A stretch of DNA of 64,000 bases from a virus (Duplodnaviria > Heunggongvirae > Uroviricota > Caudoviricetes): positions 40,808 through 104,807 of the IMG/VR virus record IMGVR_UViG_3300050821_010761; one strand, 5' to 3'. A model generated the notes under the pieces. That model made no database searches. It saw only the letters and a list, made by a program, of their open reading frames with translations, and was not told the DNA's origin. Position numbers and translations under genes: made by a program. Every line of letters starts with the position of its first letter. Positions within the stretch are counted from its first letter, which is position 1. Positions 62,999 through 64,000 of the stretch are shown here, in pieces.

Positions 62999-63205
62999 AC
63001 CAGTCAAACTACTCCGCACGTACCTAGGACACCTTTCCTAGAAGGGGCAGTAAATGATAAAGGACAAAAAAAGGTCATCGATCCTATTACTGGCAAAACC
63101 AGATGGATTACAATGCGTGAAGGAAAAGTTAAGAGTCCAACTGGAGTACCAGTAAAACCAGAGAGAATAGAAGAAAATGGCCCTAAAGTTCCAGCTAAAC
63201 GTTGA
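62960..63205 (+). CDS. -1 frame C-terminal extension (81 aa) of the mCpol protein
   Basis: Frame open 62885-63205 with no ATG/GTG/TTG until 63113: ASGVIGQPVGKLP...KVIDPITGKTRWITMREGKV...PAKR*. Confidence 0.55.
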   Translation, partial: ASGVIGQPVGKLPTSQTTPHVPRTPFLEGAVNDKGQKKVIDPITGKTRWITMREGKVKSPTGVPVKPERIEENGPKVPAKR

Positions 63206-63929
63206 AGAGATCGCTAGTACATTCGGCGAATTTGCAAAGGAAGTAGCGGATGACATGCGAAAAGCAGTCAGGGATCTGGCTACTCTTACACGTGCGCAGA
63301 TTCACCTGGAAGTGCAGTCCGAATTGCATTCGACTAGAAAAATTTATCTGGATAATCTTTCTGATGCCACGGAATCTTCCCCTGGAGTTTGGACGATTAC
63401 TTTGGACGAACCTGCTTTTTTCATTGAAGAAGGAATTGAGCCAAATCATGACATGAAGCCCGATTTACTTAAAGGAAAGCCTTATCGAGTAATTCCTTTC
63501 AAATATAATACTGCTCCTACTGAAACGGTACCCTCAACTCAATTGCTAATTACGGAAATCAAGAAAAAGCTAAGAAATGAAAAGATACCGTACAAGAAGA
63601 TTGAATACAATAAAGACGGTAGTCCAAAAGTAGGGAAGCTTCATGATTTAAGGTGGGGCACTCAGATACCTGGTGGAAACCAAATACCTGGAAGAGGCAA
63701 TACGCCGCAGCTCAAAGGCTTGTCGATTTACCAACAGATCACGAAAAGCGGTAACGTAAGACGTGATATATTAACATTTCGCACAGTGAGCGCTGGACCA
63801 AAGAGCCAAGGGAAATGGTTGCACCCTGGGCTGAAAGCCAAGCATTACATGGACAAAGCATTCGATGAAGCAATGACCAAATGGGAGCAAGAAATTTTGC
63901 CTGAAATCATGCAGAAGTGGGGTAGATAA
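63177..63929 (+). CDS. tail completion/neck protein (HK97 gp10-like N-terminus)
   Basis: Helical N-terminus, WTITLDE..FFIEEG, FRTVS...KWLHPG. Confidence 0.6.
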   Translation: MALKFQLNVEEIASTFGEFAKEVADDMRKAVRDLATLTRAQIHLEVQSELHSTRKIYLDNLSDATESSPGVWTITLDEPAFFIEEGIEPNHDMKPDLLKGKPYRVIPFKYNTAPTETVPSTQLLITEIKKKLRNEKIPYKKIEYNKDGSPKVGKLHDLRWGTQIPGGNQIPGRGNTPQLKGLSIYQQITKSGNVRRDILTFRTVSAGPKSQGKWLHPGLKAKHYMDKAFDEAMTKWEQEILPEIMQKWGR

Positions 63930-63931
63930 AT

Positions 63932-64000
63932 ATGGGTGTATTCCAAGGCGACGTTGTAATTTCTGCAATGTTAAATCGTGGTTTAGAGGATATCAGAAAA
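63932..64000 (+). CDS. partial CDS (runs off window end)
   Basis: MGVFQGDVVISAMLNRGLEDIRK... Confidence 0.55.
   Translation, partial: MGVFQGDVVISAMLNRGLEDIRK

Noticed and set aside
170-63968. Many short ORF-track entries antisense or out of frame to long genes (for example 1930..2163, 5752..6648, 12564..12749, 22035..22265, 39154..39426, 47906..48649, 49022..49882, 61438..62157)
   Set aside because: Shadow ORFs overlapping well-supported genes, without RBS or recognisable motifs
1-64000. cas genes, canonical tRNA/rRNA genes, integrase or transposase
   Set aside because: No supporting motifs found; no GGTTCRANTCC-type T-arm seen on either strand by eye

Overview
64 kb fragment of a large tailed dsDNA phage, standard genetic code, host not identifiable from sequence. 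(1) 1-25.2 kb, minus strand: replication, recombination and transcription genes (RecA/UvsX-like, UvsY-like, SSB, DnaE, DEDDh exonuclease, RNase H, RuvC, SbcCD, SF2 helicase, sigma70-like factor, GroES-like), plus two lipoprotein proteases. (2) 25.3-36.6 kb, plus strand: GroEL, terminase, portal and an intein-containing MuF protein. (3) 36.6-47.1 kb, mostly minus strand: accessory block (RNA ligase, DNA ligase, 2OG-Fe(II) oxygenase, M15 peptidase, EndoVII-type nuclease) and an inverted prohead-protease gene. (4) 47.3-64 kb, mostly plus strand: scaffold, SPO1/Herelleviridae-like major capsid, neck and head proteins. The strongest unusual signals are: a promoter-driven repeat-spacer-repeat mini-array (60-bp period) whose spacer matches this phage's own protease gene except at synonymous positions clustered at one end, followed by a 190-aa ORF and a structured noncoding region; a late-region protein with an mCpol (minimal CRISPR polymerase) domain, His/Cys repeats and a slippery-site plus pseudoknot -1 frameshift; a nearby Acb1-like 2H phosphoesterase fused to a lysozyme-like domain; and a protease polyprotein carrying a copy of the capsid N-terminal arm, an FlgM-like motif and many hydrophobic-x-K-S/A/G motifs. 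All family assignments are from motifs recognised by eye; no database search was run.
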